Of a stretch of 64,000 bases of DNA, positions 24,579 to 33,228 are shown piece by piece. A program made the position numbers and the translations under genes. A model generated the notes under the pieces. That model saw only the letters and a list, made by a program, of their open reading frames with translations. It searched no databases and was not told where the DNA came from. The DNA comes from Rhodovastum atsumiense (GTDB lineage: Bacteria; Pseudomonadota; Alphaproteobacteria; Acetobacterales; Acetobacteraceae), in the NCBI GenBank assembly GCA_037190665.1, contig JBBCJT010000030.1:165-64164 (forward strand). The letters are read 5' to 3'. How positions within the stretch are numbered: the stretch's first letter is position 1; each line of letters begins with the position of its first letter.

Positions 24579-25400
24579 ATGACCGAACCCGCATACTTCA
24601 CGACCAGCGACGACGAGCGGATCGCCTACTACATCGACGACTTCACCGATCCGTGGCGCGAGGCGCCGGCGATGCTGCTGCTGCATTCGGCGATGGGCAA
24701 CTCCCGGCGCTTCCATGCCTGGGTGCCGGGGCTCGCGCGGCACTTCCGGCTCATACGGACCGACCTGCGCGGCCACGGCAGGTCGAGCGTGCCGCCGCCG
24801 GAAAAGCCGCTGACCATGGATCGCCTCGTCGATGACGTCGAGGAGCTGATGGCGACGCTCGGCATCGGTGCCGCCCATGTCACGGCGAATTCGGCCGGCG
24901 GGTATGTCGCGCAGAACCTCGCGCTCCGTTCGCCGGACAAGGTGCAGAGCCTCGCGCTGGTCGGTTCCACGCCCGGGCTCAGCCCGAGCGCGCTGGAATG
25001 GCTGCCGCGGATCGAGAGGGAGGGGCTGACGCCCTTCCTTGCCGATACCATCGCCATGCGCTTCGACCTGGCGACCACGGATCCCGGCATGGTCGAATGG
25101 TTCCTGAAGCAGACCGCCGAGAACGACCAGGATTTCGTCGTCCGCTTCATCGGCTACACCGCCACGCAGGAATGGAGCGGCGAGCTTCACCGCATCCGTT
25201 GCCCGACGCTGGTGATCCTGCCCGGCGGGGAGACGGTCGGAAGCGCCAACAGCTACGACGCGATGCGCGAGCGCATCCCCGATGTGCGCATGATCGAGTA
25301 TCCGCACATGCCGCACAACATCGCCGACATGCTCGCCGACCGTTGCGTGGCGGACATCCTCCGCTTCCACCGCGACAAGTTCGGTTATCCGAAGGGCTGA
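24579..25400 (+). CDS. Alpha/beta hydrolase (paralog of 28719-29537)
   Basis: 273 aa. LLLHSAMG oxyanion region, nucleophile elbow ANSAGG, C-terminal MPHN His. Confidence 0.8.
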   Translation: MTEPAYFTTSDDERIAYYIDDFTDPWREAPAMLLLHSAMGNSRRFHAWVPGLARHFRLIRTDLRGHGRSSVPPPEKPLTMDRLVDDVEELMATLGIGAAHVTANSAGGYVAQNLALRSPDKVQSLALVGSTPGLSPSALEWLPRIEREGLTPFLADTIAMRFDLATTDPGMVEWFLKQTAENDQDFVVRFIGYTATQEWSGELHRIRCPTLVILPGGETVGSANSYDAMRERIPDVRMIEYPHMPHNIADMLADRCVADILRFHRDKFGYPKG

Positions 25401-25407
25401 CATCCGC

Positions 25408-26010
25408 ATGCCACACCTTCCCGACGCGCTCGAGCACGGGCCTCCCGAGAGCAAGGACGTGTTCCGCAAGGTCGCCGCCAGCCGTGGCTTCGTCTCCAAC
25501 CTCCTGCGCTCGCTCGGCCACGCGCCGGAGGGGCTGAACCGCTACATGATGCTCGGCCATTACGCGCGCTATGCGACCGATCTCACGGAAGTGCAGCGCG
25601 AGCTGGTGATCTGCATCGTCGGGCGGGGTATCCTCTATGCTTGGGCGCATCATGCTCCGATGGCGGTGCAGGCGGGGCTGAGCGAGGCCCAGATGACCGA
25701 GATCCGGGCCGGGCATACGCCGGCCGATCTTCCGGCCGCGGAACGCGCGCTCTGCGACTTCACCTTCGCCTACGGCACCTTCAAGGGCATCCCGGCGGAG
25801 ACATGGGCGGCTCTGCTGCGGCATTTCACCCCGCGGCAGGCCACGGACATCGCGCTGACCGCGGCGTACTACCTCGCGGCCGGCTCGCTCATCATCGGCA
25901 TGGATCTGGAGATCGAGCCGCCGGAGATCCTCGCGCAGGAGGTCGCCTGGCAGGCGAAGCCGCGCGACGCCACGGGGCAGGTGCAGGCCGACCCGTCCGG
26001 GAGCGCGTGA
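25408..26010 (+). CDS. Carboxymuconolactone decarboxylase / AhpD-like family protein (paralog 1)
   Basis: 200 aa. Shares SNLLRSLGHAPEGL...ELVICIVGRGILYAWAHHAP with the next gene. Confidence 0.7.
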   Translation: MPHLPDALEHGPPESKDVFRKVAASRGFVSNLLRSLGHAPEGLNRYMMLGHYARYATDLTEVQRELVICIVGRGILYAWAHHAPMAVQAGLSEAQMTEIRAGHTPADLPAAERALCDFTFAYGTFKGIPAETWAALLRHFTPRQATDIALTAAYYLAAGSLIIGMDLEIEPPEILAQEVAWQAKPRDATGQVQADPSGSA

Positions 26011-26012
26011 TC

Positions 26013-26579
26013 ATGCGACTGCCAGAAGCCGACCCGGCGCAATCCCCGGAGCTGGAGGCGGCCTACGCCGCCTTCCGGGGCACGCGCGGCATCGTCTCGA
26101 ACGTCATGCGGTCCTTCGGCCACGCGCCGGCCGGCCTCGCCGCGATCGCTGAGCTTGGGCGCTACTGCCGCTATGAGACGGGCCTGACGGAGCTGCAGAA
26201 GGAACTCGTCATCCTGATCACCGGGCGCGGGGTCGCCTATGCCTGGCATCATCATGCGCCTCTCGGCCGGCAGGCCGGGCTCACGGAGGAGCAGCTCGCC
26301 GCAATGCGCGACGGGCGCACGCCGGAGGGGCTGAGCGAGACCGATACCGCGCTCTGCGACTACGTCGCCGCCTATGCGTCCCTCAAGGGCGTGCCGCAGC
26401 CGGTGTTCGCCCGGCTTTCCGCGCTGATGACGCCGCGCCAGATCACCGACGTGAACATCATCTCGGGCTACTATCTCTGCATCGCGGCGAGCGTCGTCGC
26501 GATGGAAGTGCAGCCCGATCCGCCGCGCGTGCTCGAAGCCGCGGTCGGCTTCCATCAGGGTCGGACAGGGGAAGGCTGA
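26013..26579 (+). CDS. Carboxymuconolactone decarboxylase / AhpD-like family protein (paralog 2)
   Basis: 188 aa. SNVMRSFGHAPAGL...ELVILITGRGVAYAWHHHAP. ATG lies 3 nt after the upstream stop. Confidence 0.7.
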   Translation: MRLPEADPAQSPELEAAYAAFRGTRGIVSNVMRSFGHAPAGLAAIAELGRYCRYETGLTELQKELVILITGRGVAYAWHHHAPLGRQAGLTEEQLAAMRDGRTPEGLSETDTALCDYVAAYASLKGVPQPVFARLSALMTPRQITDVNIISGYYLCIAASVVAMEVQPDPPRVLEAAVGFHQGRTGEG

Positions 26580-26604
26580 GGCCGCTCCCGTGCGAAGGAG
26601 CGGG

Positions 26605-27627
26605 TCAGCCTGTGGAGCCGGTCAGCGAGTCCAGATGCGAGATCACCGCGGCGTTCGCAGGGACCGCCATCCCGAGCCGCCGGGCCTGCGCGACGACGGC
26701 GCCGTTGATCAGGGACACCTCCGTCCGCCGGCCGCGTGCGAGGTCCTGCGCCATGCCGCTGATCGCGGCGGGGTCCACCTTCTGCCCGTAACGCTGCAAC
26801 CCGTCTTCCACCTGCGCAAGCGCGGCACTGTCACCGTGCGCGGCGGCGGTCCAGGTCGCGCCCGCGATGCCGCAGATGCCGTCGAGGGTCACGCCCGCCG
26901 CAGCCGCCACGCGCACAACCTCGAAGCCCAGCGCGGACAGTTCGGCGCGCAAGGCAGGATCGAGGAACAGCGAGCGCAGGCTGGTGCGCCTGACGGCGCA
27001 GAGCGGCGAGGTCATGCAGTTGAAGACCAGCTTCGTCCAGCGGGCGGCGCGAAGATCGTCCACGGCCTCCGCACCATCCACCTGCCCGAGCAGGGCGGTC
27101 AGCGCATGGATGCGGGGCGTGGCGAGGCCGGCAGTCTCCCCGATCCGGAAGGTCGCGGGGCCGCCGTCGCCGCGGCGGCGATGGCGCCGCATGTGGCCCG
27201 GCTCGACAAGGTTCGCGAACAGCCCCGTCACGATGCAGCCCATGACCCGCGCCGGGCCGATCTGCTGGGCGAGATCGAAATCCGCGAGCGCGTTGAGCGT
27301 CACGAGATAGGGGCCATCGTAGTGCGGTTCGATGGCCGCAAGCGCGGCGGGCGCGTCCGCGAGCTTGGGGCAGAGGATCACGAGGCGCGGCGCAAGCGCG
27401 CGGATGTCGCTCGCAGCGTCGATCGTTCCGACCGGCACGCGGAAGTCGCCCGCCGGCTCCTCGACGAAGATGCCGCGGTCCCGGATCGCCTCGCGGTTCG
27501 GCGCCCAGTTTTCGAGCACGCGGACCGTTTCGCCGCTGCGCGCCAGATGCGCCGCGATGTAGGCGCCCACGGCTCCCGCGCCCACCACCAGCACCGCGCG
27601 GTCATCGTGGCCATCGGATCTGTTCAT
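26605..27627 (-). CDS. 2-dehydropantoate 2-reductase (ApbA/PanE) family oxidoreductase
   Basis: 340 aa from ATG 27627. Rossmann motif VVGAGAVGAYIAAHLARSG. The longer track ORF adds an Arg/Pro-rich N-extension that I judge non-coding. Confidence 0.75.
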   Translation of the reverse strand: MNRSDGHDDRAVLVVGAGAVGAYIAAHLARSGETVRVLENWAPNREAIRDRGIFVEEPAGDFRVPVGTIDAASDIRALAPRLVILCPKLADAPAALAAIEPHYDGPYLVTLNALADFDLAQQIGPARVMGCIVTGLFANLVEPGHMRRHRRRGDGGPATFRIGETAGLATPRIHALTALLGQVDGAEAVDDLRAARWTKLVFNCMTSPLCAVRRTSLRSLFLDPALRAELSALGFEVVRVAAAAGVTLDGICGIAGATWTAAAHGDSAALAQVEDGLQRYGQKVDPAAISGMAQDLARGRRTEVSLINGAVVAQARRLGMAVPANAAVISHLDSLTGSTG

Positions 27628-27683
27628 GGGGCACGGCTTTCGGACATGTGCGGATCCAGTCGGCGGCGGGCGGCGTCGCCAGC

Positions 27684-28655
27684 ATGAGGTACGCGGCGGG
27701 CGAAGCGCGCGAGTGGGTGAGGGAGACGCTGCGCGGCTATCTGGCCGTGCTCTATACGCCCTTCGACGCGGACGGGGCGATCGACGAGGCGGGATTGCGG
27801 CACAACGTGCGCGCAACGCTCGCATTGCCGGGAGTGGGCGGGCTGTCGGTGAACTCCCTGCATCAGGAGTTCTGGACGCTGACCGATGCCGAACGTTTCC
27901 GGCTGGTGGAGATCGTGCTGGATGAGGCGGGCGGACGCGCGCCGGTGGTCATCGGGTGCAGCGATCCCTCGGCGGCCAAGGCGGTCGTTTATGCGCGGCA
28001 CGCGGCGGCGCATGGGGCCGACCTCGTCATGGTCTGGCCGCCCTTCTACGGGCCGCGCTCCGCGTCCGGCGTGCGCGACTACTACGAATACATCGCGCAG
28101 AGGATCGGGATCGGGCTGATCGCCTACAGCACGACGCTGCCGGAACTCGGCTTCTACCTCGCGCCGGAGCAGGTGGAGGCGCTTCTGCCGCTCCGCGAGA
28201 TATGCGCGGTGCAGAACACGACGCTCAACCTCGCGCAGTACGCCGCCATGATGGAGCGCGTGGGCGCCAGCATCGCGGTGGCGACATCGCTTGAGGAGTA
28301 TCACCTCCACGGGCAACTCGCCTTTCCGGAGCGCGCGCCCCGGTTCCTGATCGGATCGTCGCGGCCGATCTTCTGCCAGAGTGCCGCGAAGCCGCATTGC
28401 GGCGCGTTCATCGCGGCGCTGGAACGTGGCGAGTTCCGGGAAGCGGCGCGCCATGCGCGGACTATCATGTCCATCGCCGAGAACCTGCAGAGCCGCTACT
28501 TCGCGCGCGGCTTCCACCATGTGGGCGTGTTCAAGGCGATGGCCGGGCTGCTGGGCATGCGGACCGGACCGGTGCGGCCCGGCATCGCCCCATGCGATCC
28601 GCGTGAGCTTGAGGAATGCACGGCCGTGCTGCGGGAAGCGGGATTGATCGGATAG
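27684..28655 (+). CDS. Dihydrodipicolinate synthase / N-acetylneuraminate lyase family protein
   Basis: TIM-barrel lyase family pattern (LAVLYTPFDADGAIDEAGLRHNV..., VVIGCS...). Start is ATG 27684, or GTG 27648. Confidence 0.7.
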   Translation: MRYAAGEAREWVRETLRGYLAVLYTPFDADGAIDEAGLRHNVRATLALPGVGGLSVNSLHQEFWTLTDAERFRLVEIVLDEAGGRAPVVIGCSDPSAAKAVVYARHAAAHGADLVMVWPPFYGPRSASGVRDYYEYIAQRIGIGLIAYSTTLPELGFYLAPEQVEALLPLREICAVQNTTLNLAQYAAMMERVGASIAVATSLEEYHLHGQLAFPERAPRFLIGSSRPIFCQSAAKPHCGAFIAALERGEFREAARHARTIMSIAENLQSRYFARGFHHVGVFKAMAGLLGMRTGPVRPGIAPCDPRELEECTAVLREAGLIG

Positions 28656-28718
28656 GCCCCCGCGCGATCCGCGGAGGCGCGAGGGCCGCCCGTCACACAC
28701 CTGCCGGGCGTGCCTCAC

Positions 28719-29537
28719 TCATGCACGCTGCGCCGCGATGAAGCGCAGCACCTCCTGCGCGCAGCGTTCCGGTGCGGCATCGCCGATATTGTGCGGCATG
28801 CCCTCGAAGCTCACGAGCTGCGCCTTCGGGATCGCCCTTGCCATCTGCTCATAGGTGCTGTTCTCGCCGATCGGCTCGTGGCCGGGTGCGACGATCAGCG
28901 TGGGGCAGGCGATGCGCGGCAGGTCCTCGCTCCAGTCGCGGCTGGACATGTGCGTGACGAACCGGCCGATATAGGCGGGGTCGTTGGTCGCGACCTGCCG
29001 GCAGAACCAGTCCACCAGCGCCGGATCGACATCGGACCCGAAGCGGTCGGAAGCCGTCGCGCGGACGAATCTCTCGATCCCCACCTCCGCGATGCGCCCG
29101 GGCCATGTCGCGGCCTGTGTGCCTTTCAGTCCCGGCGTGGAGGCAAAGAGGCAGAGGGTCTCCACACGCTCCGGCGACTCGATCGCCAGCCGCTGTCCCA
29201 CGTACCCGCCGGCGGACAGGCCGACGGCATGGACCCGCGCGACGCCGAGCGTATCCAGCAGCTCCCGCGCGTCCTGCACCAGCCGCTCGAGGCTGAACGG
29301 GACATCCTCGGACGGAATCTGGGAGGCGCCATGGCCGCGCAGTTCGAGGCTGATCGTCGGATGCTCCCGTGCAATCACGGGTATCCAGCCGTACCAGCGG
29401 CGATAGCGCCCCATGGCCGCGTGCAGCATCAGGACCGGCGTGCCGGGCTCGCGCCATGGCCGGGTAAAATCGTCCACGCGATAGGCAAGCTTCACGCCGT
29501 CGCCCGTCGTGAAGAAGGACATGGTGGGGGCGATCAT
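28719..29537 (-). CDS. Alpha/beta hydrolase (3-oxoadipate enol-lactonase-like; paralog of 24579-25400)
   Basis: 272 aa. VLMLHAAMG, nucleophile elbow GLSAGG, C-terminal MPHN. RBS GGAGGG 8 nt upstream. Confidence 0.8.
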   Translation of the reverse strand: MIAPTMSFFTTGDGVKLAYRVDDFTRPWREPGTPVLMLHAAMGRYRRWYGWIPVIAREHPTISLELRGHGASQIPSEDVPFSLERLVQDARELLDTLGVARVHAVGLSAGGYVGQRLAIESPERVETLCLFASTPGLKGTQAATWPGRIAEVGIERFVRATASDRFGSDVDPALVDWFCRQVATNDPAYIGRFVTHMSSRDWSEDLPRIACPTLIVAPGHEPIGENSTYEQMARAIPKAQLVSFEGMPHNIGDAAPERCAQEVLRFIAAQRA

Positions 29538-29565
29538 CGCGAACGCCCTCCGCCGCGTTGCCCTG

Positions 29566-31296
29566 TCACTGCGCCGCGCCCGCTGCCGCCGCGGTCGCTT
29601 CCTCGACCGCGAAATGCACGCGGTTGGCAGCGCGCACCGCGGCGACGGTGGCGAACTTCGCCTCGTCCGATCCGCCCGGCAGTGATGCGAGGGCGCGCAA
29701 CGGCTCGAGGGACGGATAGGGCGGGATCGGCAGCGCCGGGTCGTGGGAGAAGCGGTCGCCCTGCGTGTAGTCGATGGGAACCAGCGCGCGGCCGATCGTC
29801 ATCAGCGCGGCGTTGATCCGGCTGGCGGCGGACGGGTCGGCCGCAGCTTTGGACAGGGAGGCCGTCGCCTCGCCGAGCCGTGTCACGGCGGCCTGCAGCG
29901 ATGTCAGGTCGAGCCTGCTGCCGACATCCTTCGCGATCCTGTTCACATGCTTCGCCAGATCCGCCGCCGTCGCGTGATAGTCGAGAGGCAGGACGGCATC
30001 GGACAGCAACCGCGCAACCGCATGGACATAGACGCGCGTATCCCGGGCAAGCAGTTCCGGATCGATCTTGTCGATCGTGTCGTCCGGCGTGTGCCACCAC
30101 CATCCGAAGCCCGCGCCACGACGGGTCTCGCCGGGGCTGTTGAGGACGCCGCCGGCCACGTTCGCCGCCTCGCCGGCGGGCTGCTCGCCCATGCCCATGA
30201 ACAGCGAGGGGATGCCGACGCCCCAGAAGGAAGCGTCACCGGCCCGGCTCATCCGCAAGCCGGTCGTCTGCTGCCCGCCCTGGGTCAGGACGGCATCGGC
30301 GCCGAGGCTCTTCAGCTCCGTGCTGGCCGGTGTGTCGGTCAGCACCGTGGCGCCGCGTCCGCCCGTCGAATCGCAGTTCACATGGGCGACGCAGCGTTTC
30401 GCCAGCTCCTGCCAGTGGTGATCGACATACCAGGTCGACCCGGAATAGCGGCCATGGGAATGGCCGGACCAGAAGCACAGGCGAAGCCCGCGCCGCCAGC
30501 GCGGACGCTGCGTCGCGACCAGCCGCGCGACTTCCAGCATCGTCGCGTTGGCGGACCCGTTATCCATCACGCCGAAATGCCAGGTGTCGTGATGGCCCGA
30601 GAACAGCACGAACGGGGCATCCTTCCCCGCGGCATCGGCATCCAGTTCGGCGACGAGCAGCGGCGTCTTCCGCCAGCCCGTATCGACCTCGGCATGCAGC
30701 GTGACGGTGACCTTCTCCCCGCCATCCAGCCGCTGCTTCAGCACATCGCCGTCGGCGCGGGAGATCGTGCACACGACGGTACGCGGCAGCTCCGCGCGTG
30801 TCCGTGGGGTCGGGCTGCCCCAGACGGGGGAGATGCACATCTCATGCAGATGTTCGTGCGCACTGATGTGGACCTGGCCGATGGCCCCGGCGGCGGAGGC
30901 GCGCGCGCTCGGTCCCGGCGAGGCGATCCCTTCGATGAGCGCGATGCGCCCCGCGACATCGACCTTCGCGAAATCCTCGGCACGCCCGGACCCCACGTAG
31001 ACCAGCTCGCCGCGCAGCCCGCCGGCCGGCGACGGGCGGGAGAAGGAGTGGGTGATGCACCGGGGCAAACCGTCCGGCGTCTCGATGCGGGCAGGGCCGG
31101 GCAGGCTGATATAGGCATCGTGGCTGATCAGGTCGGTGCGGTAGCCATAGCCGCGCAGCGTCGCCTCGAGATAGCGGAAGCTCTCCAGTTCTTCCGGCGT
31201 GCCGGACAGCTTCACGTAGCGCGCGAATTCGCGCAGGTGCGCCATCATGGCGTCGGTATCGACCTGCGCGCACAGAGCCAGCATCTGATTGTCCAT
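29566..31296 (-). CDS. M28-family metallopeptidase with PA domain, no signal peptide
   Basis: 576 aa from ATG 31296. Zn-ligand region SGHHDTWHFGVMDNGSANA. N-terminus MDNQMLALCAQVDTDAMM lacks a hydrophobic signal. Confidence 0.75.
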   Translation of the reverse strand: MDNQMLALCAQVDTDAMMAHLREFARYVKLSGTPEELESFRYLEATLRGYGYRTDLISHDAYISLPGPARIETPDGLPRCITHSFSRPSPAGGLRGELVYVGSGRAEDFAKVDVAGRIALIEGIASPGPSARASAAGAIGQVHISAHEHLHEMCISPVWGSPTPRTRAELPRTVVCTISRADGDVLKQRLDGGEKVTVTLHAEVDTGWRKTPLLVAELDADAAGKDAPFVLFSGHHDTWHFGVMDNGSANATMLEVARLVATQRPRWRRGLRLCFWSGHSHGRYSGSTWYVDHHWQELAKRCVAHVNCDSTGGRGATVLTDTPASTELKSLGADAVLTQGGQQTTGLRMSRAGDASFWGVGIPSLFMGMGEQPAGEAANVAGGVLNSPGETRRGAGFGWWWHTPDDTIDKIDPELLARDTRVYVHAVARLLSDAVLPLDYHATAADLAKHVNRIAKDVGSRLDLTSLQAAVTRLGEATASLSKAAADPSAASRINAALMTIGRALVPIDYTQGDRFSHDPALPIPPYPSLEPLRALASLPGGSDEAKFATVAAVRAANRVHFAVEEATAAAAGAAQ

Positions 31297-31334
31297 TGAT
31301 CTCGTTCGTCCTCGGACGGTCGTGAGGGGAGGCG

Positions 31335-32303
31335 TCAGTCGGGGCGGATGTTCGCCGCCCGGATCACCGCCGTGATACGCGCCGTCTCGCGCCGGATCGT
31401 CTCGGCGTACTGCTCGGGCCCGGTGCCGGCCGGGACATATCCCAGTTGCAGCAGGCGGTCGCGCAGGTCCGGGCGCTGCACCGCTTCGTTGAACGCCTGC
31501 GCCAGCTTGCCGATGTTCGCGGCCGGCGTGCCGGCCCGGGTGAGGACGCCCCAGTGCGTGTAGAGATCGACGCCGGGCAGGCCCAGTTCGCGGAAGGTCG
31601 GCACGTCGGGGAAGGCGGCGGCGCGCGCATCGCCCGTGACCGCCAGCGCACGCACCCGGCCCGCCTCGATATGCGCGGCCGAGGCGCTGAGGCCGTTCAC
31701 GCCCAGCGGAACGTGTCCGGCGATGATGTCGTTCATGGCCGGGCCGGTGCCGCGATACGGAAGATGCGTGAGGTCGATGCCCGCTTCGGCCTTCAGCATC
31801 TCGCCCACCAGATGGGTCGGCGCGCCGTTTCCGCCGGAGGCATAGGCGAGGGTGCCGGGGCGCGCCTTCGCGAGCGCGATCAGCTCCGGCAGCGTCGTGA
31901 CCGGCACGGAGGGATGGGCGAGCAGCACGACGGGCGCCTGCGCAAGCAGCGTCACCGGCGCGAAGTCGCGCGCGGAATCGTAGGGCAGCGTCGGGAACAG
32001 CCCGGGATTGATGACGAAGGTGGAGTCGAGCGCGACGAGGGTATACCCGTCGGGTTCGGCCCTCGCGACGATCTCCGTGCCGACGATGCCGCCCGCGCCG
32101 GCCCGGTTCTCGATCACCAGCGGCTGGCCGAGCGTGCGCGACACGTAGGGTTCCAGGATGCGGATCAGGTTGTCGGTGCCGCCGCCGGGACCGAATGGAA
32201 TGACCAGCCGGATCGGGCGCGATGGAAAACCCGCCTGTGCGTGCGCGTGGCCTGTCAGGGCGGCAGCGCCGGCGATAGCGAAAAGGTTGCGTCGCGAGAC
32301 CAT
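31335..32303 (-). CDS. Tripartite tricarboxylate transporter substrate-binding protein (Bug/TctC family)
   Basis: 322 aa from ATG 32303, with AGGAAG upstream. Signal MVSRRNLFAIAGAAALTGHAHA. Blocks VIPFGPGGGTDNL and RAGAGGIVG. Confidence 0.85.
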   Translation of the reverse strand: MVSRRNLFAIAGAAALTGHAHAQAGFPSRPIRLVIPFGPGGGTDNLIRILEPYVSRTLGQPLVIENRAGAGGIVGTEIVARAEPDGYTLVALDSTFVINPGLFPTLPYDSARDFAPVTLLAQAPVVLLAHPSVPVTTLPELIALAKARPGTLAYASGGNGAPTHLVGEMLKAEAGIDLTHLPYRGTGPAMNDIIAGHVPLGVNGLSASAAHIEAGRVRALAVTGDARAAAFPDVPTFRELGLPGVDLYTHWGVLTRAGTPAANIGKLAQAFNEAVQRPDLRDRLLQLGYVPAGTGPEQYAETIRRETARITAVIRAANIRPD

Positions 32304-32386
32304 CTTCCTGGCCCTTCTGCTCCCCTCGCCGGAGGTTAGGGTTGGATCGGCGGGTCGCCAAGACGCATTCGCCGACGCAAGCCTTG

Positions 32387-32411
32387 GGATACATTCGTAC
32401 GATACGTATCC
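32387..32411. promoter_or_regulatory. AT-rich operator-like element: GGATAC-N13-GTATCC enclosing the 10-bp palindrome GATACGTATC
   Basis: Perfect inverted repeats about 85-108 nt upstream of the TctC start at 32303. The 11-mer ACGATACGTAT also occurs at 12955-12965. Confidence 0.4.
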
Positions 32412-32656
32412 GCACGCGCGTTCGCTGCCATCGGAGATAGCCCGCGACGCCGCAGCGCGATGGCGATGTGCCCCTACCGGCGCGGCCACGGCCGATCGTC
32501 GGGATCGCTGCATCCGCCGGGCGGTTCGGGAGTTATCGGAGAAGGGCAGGCGCATACGACGCCCTTCGGGGTATACTCACCGCCGGTTCATCGCCAGAAC
32601 GGCAGCGGACCACGCGTTCGACTGCATCACACCGGCGGGTCACGAGGAGATCGAGT

Positions 32657-32854
32657 TTGCGGAAACCGAACTACGCATTTGAACGCTCCCAGCGCATCAA
32701 GGCCAAGGAGGAGAAGGCCGCCGCGAAGGCGCAGAAGAAGCGGGAGCAGAAACGGGAAGCCGAGGATACCGCGCTCCGTCCGGTAGGACCGGAGGACGAG
32801 GCGCGCGGCGGCCCGGAAGCACCGGAGAAGCCGCAGCGGGAACTCGACGACTGA
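32657..32854 (+). CDS. Small Lys/Glu-rich basic protein (65 aa), TTG start
   Basis: AGGAGA lies 6 nt upstream of TTG 32657. Product begins (M)RKPNYAFERSQRIKAKEEKAAAKAQKKREQKRE. It resembles small conserved proteobacterial proteins starting KPNY-FE-RQRE, from memory only. Confidence 0.5.
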   Translation: MRKPNYAFERSQRIKAKEEKAAAKAQKKREQKREAEDTALRPVGPEDEARGGPEAPEKPQRELDD

Positions 32855-32923
32855 TCGGAACTTTCTTGCCCCGGGACGGCTGGCTAGCCTGCCGGGACGA
32901 ACCAGAGGGAGAGGAGACCTGCC

Positions 32924-33175
32924 ATGGAAGATAACAGAGTGGGCTGGATCGCGGCGATCATCATCGGCGGTCTCGCGGGCTGGATCGCCTCCAGGTTCAT
33001 GAAAAGCGATACCGGCATCTTCGTGAACATCATCCTCGGCATCGTCGGTGCGGCGGTGGCGAGCTTCCTGTTCGGCCTTGTCGGCGTGTCGTTCGGCGGA
33101 TGGCTCGGCTATCTCATCGCCGGCCTCCTCGGTGCCTGCATCCTGATCGCAGGCGCCAGAGCGATCCGAAGCTAG
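32924..33175 (+). CDS. GlsB/YeaQ/YmgE-family stress-response membrane protein
   Basis: 83 aa. WIAAIIIGGLAGWIASRFM...GIVGAAVASFLF is typical of the transglycosylase-associated/GlsB family. RBS GGGAGAGGAG upstream. Confidence 0.85.
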   Translation: MEDNRVGWIAAIIIGGLAGWIASRFMKSDTGIFVNIILGIVGAAVASFLFGLVGVSFGGWLGYLIAGLLGACILIAGARAIRS

Positions 33176-33228
33176 CGCCCGTCAGTCATCGGCGGGCGCC
33201 GCTGCCGGCGCCCGCCGATCCGTGCGCG

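Noticed and set aside
32857-32923. A GGAAC pentamer upstream of the GlsB/YeaQ gene as a possible EcfG -35 element. Also AGAAC-N14-CGTT (about 32604-32626) upstream of the small basic-protein gene.
   Set aside because: The first has no CGTT at the required 16-17 nt spacing. The second has both a degenerate -35 and a spacer that is too short (14 nt). Neither meets the GGAAC-N16-17-CGTT pattern, unlike the two sites at 39109-39134 and 39459-39484.
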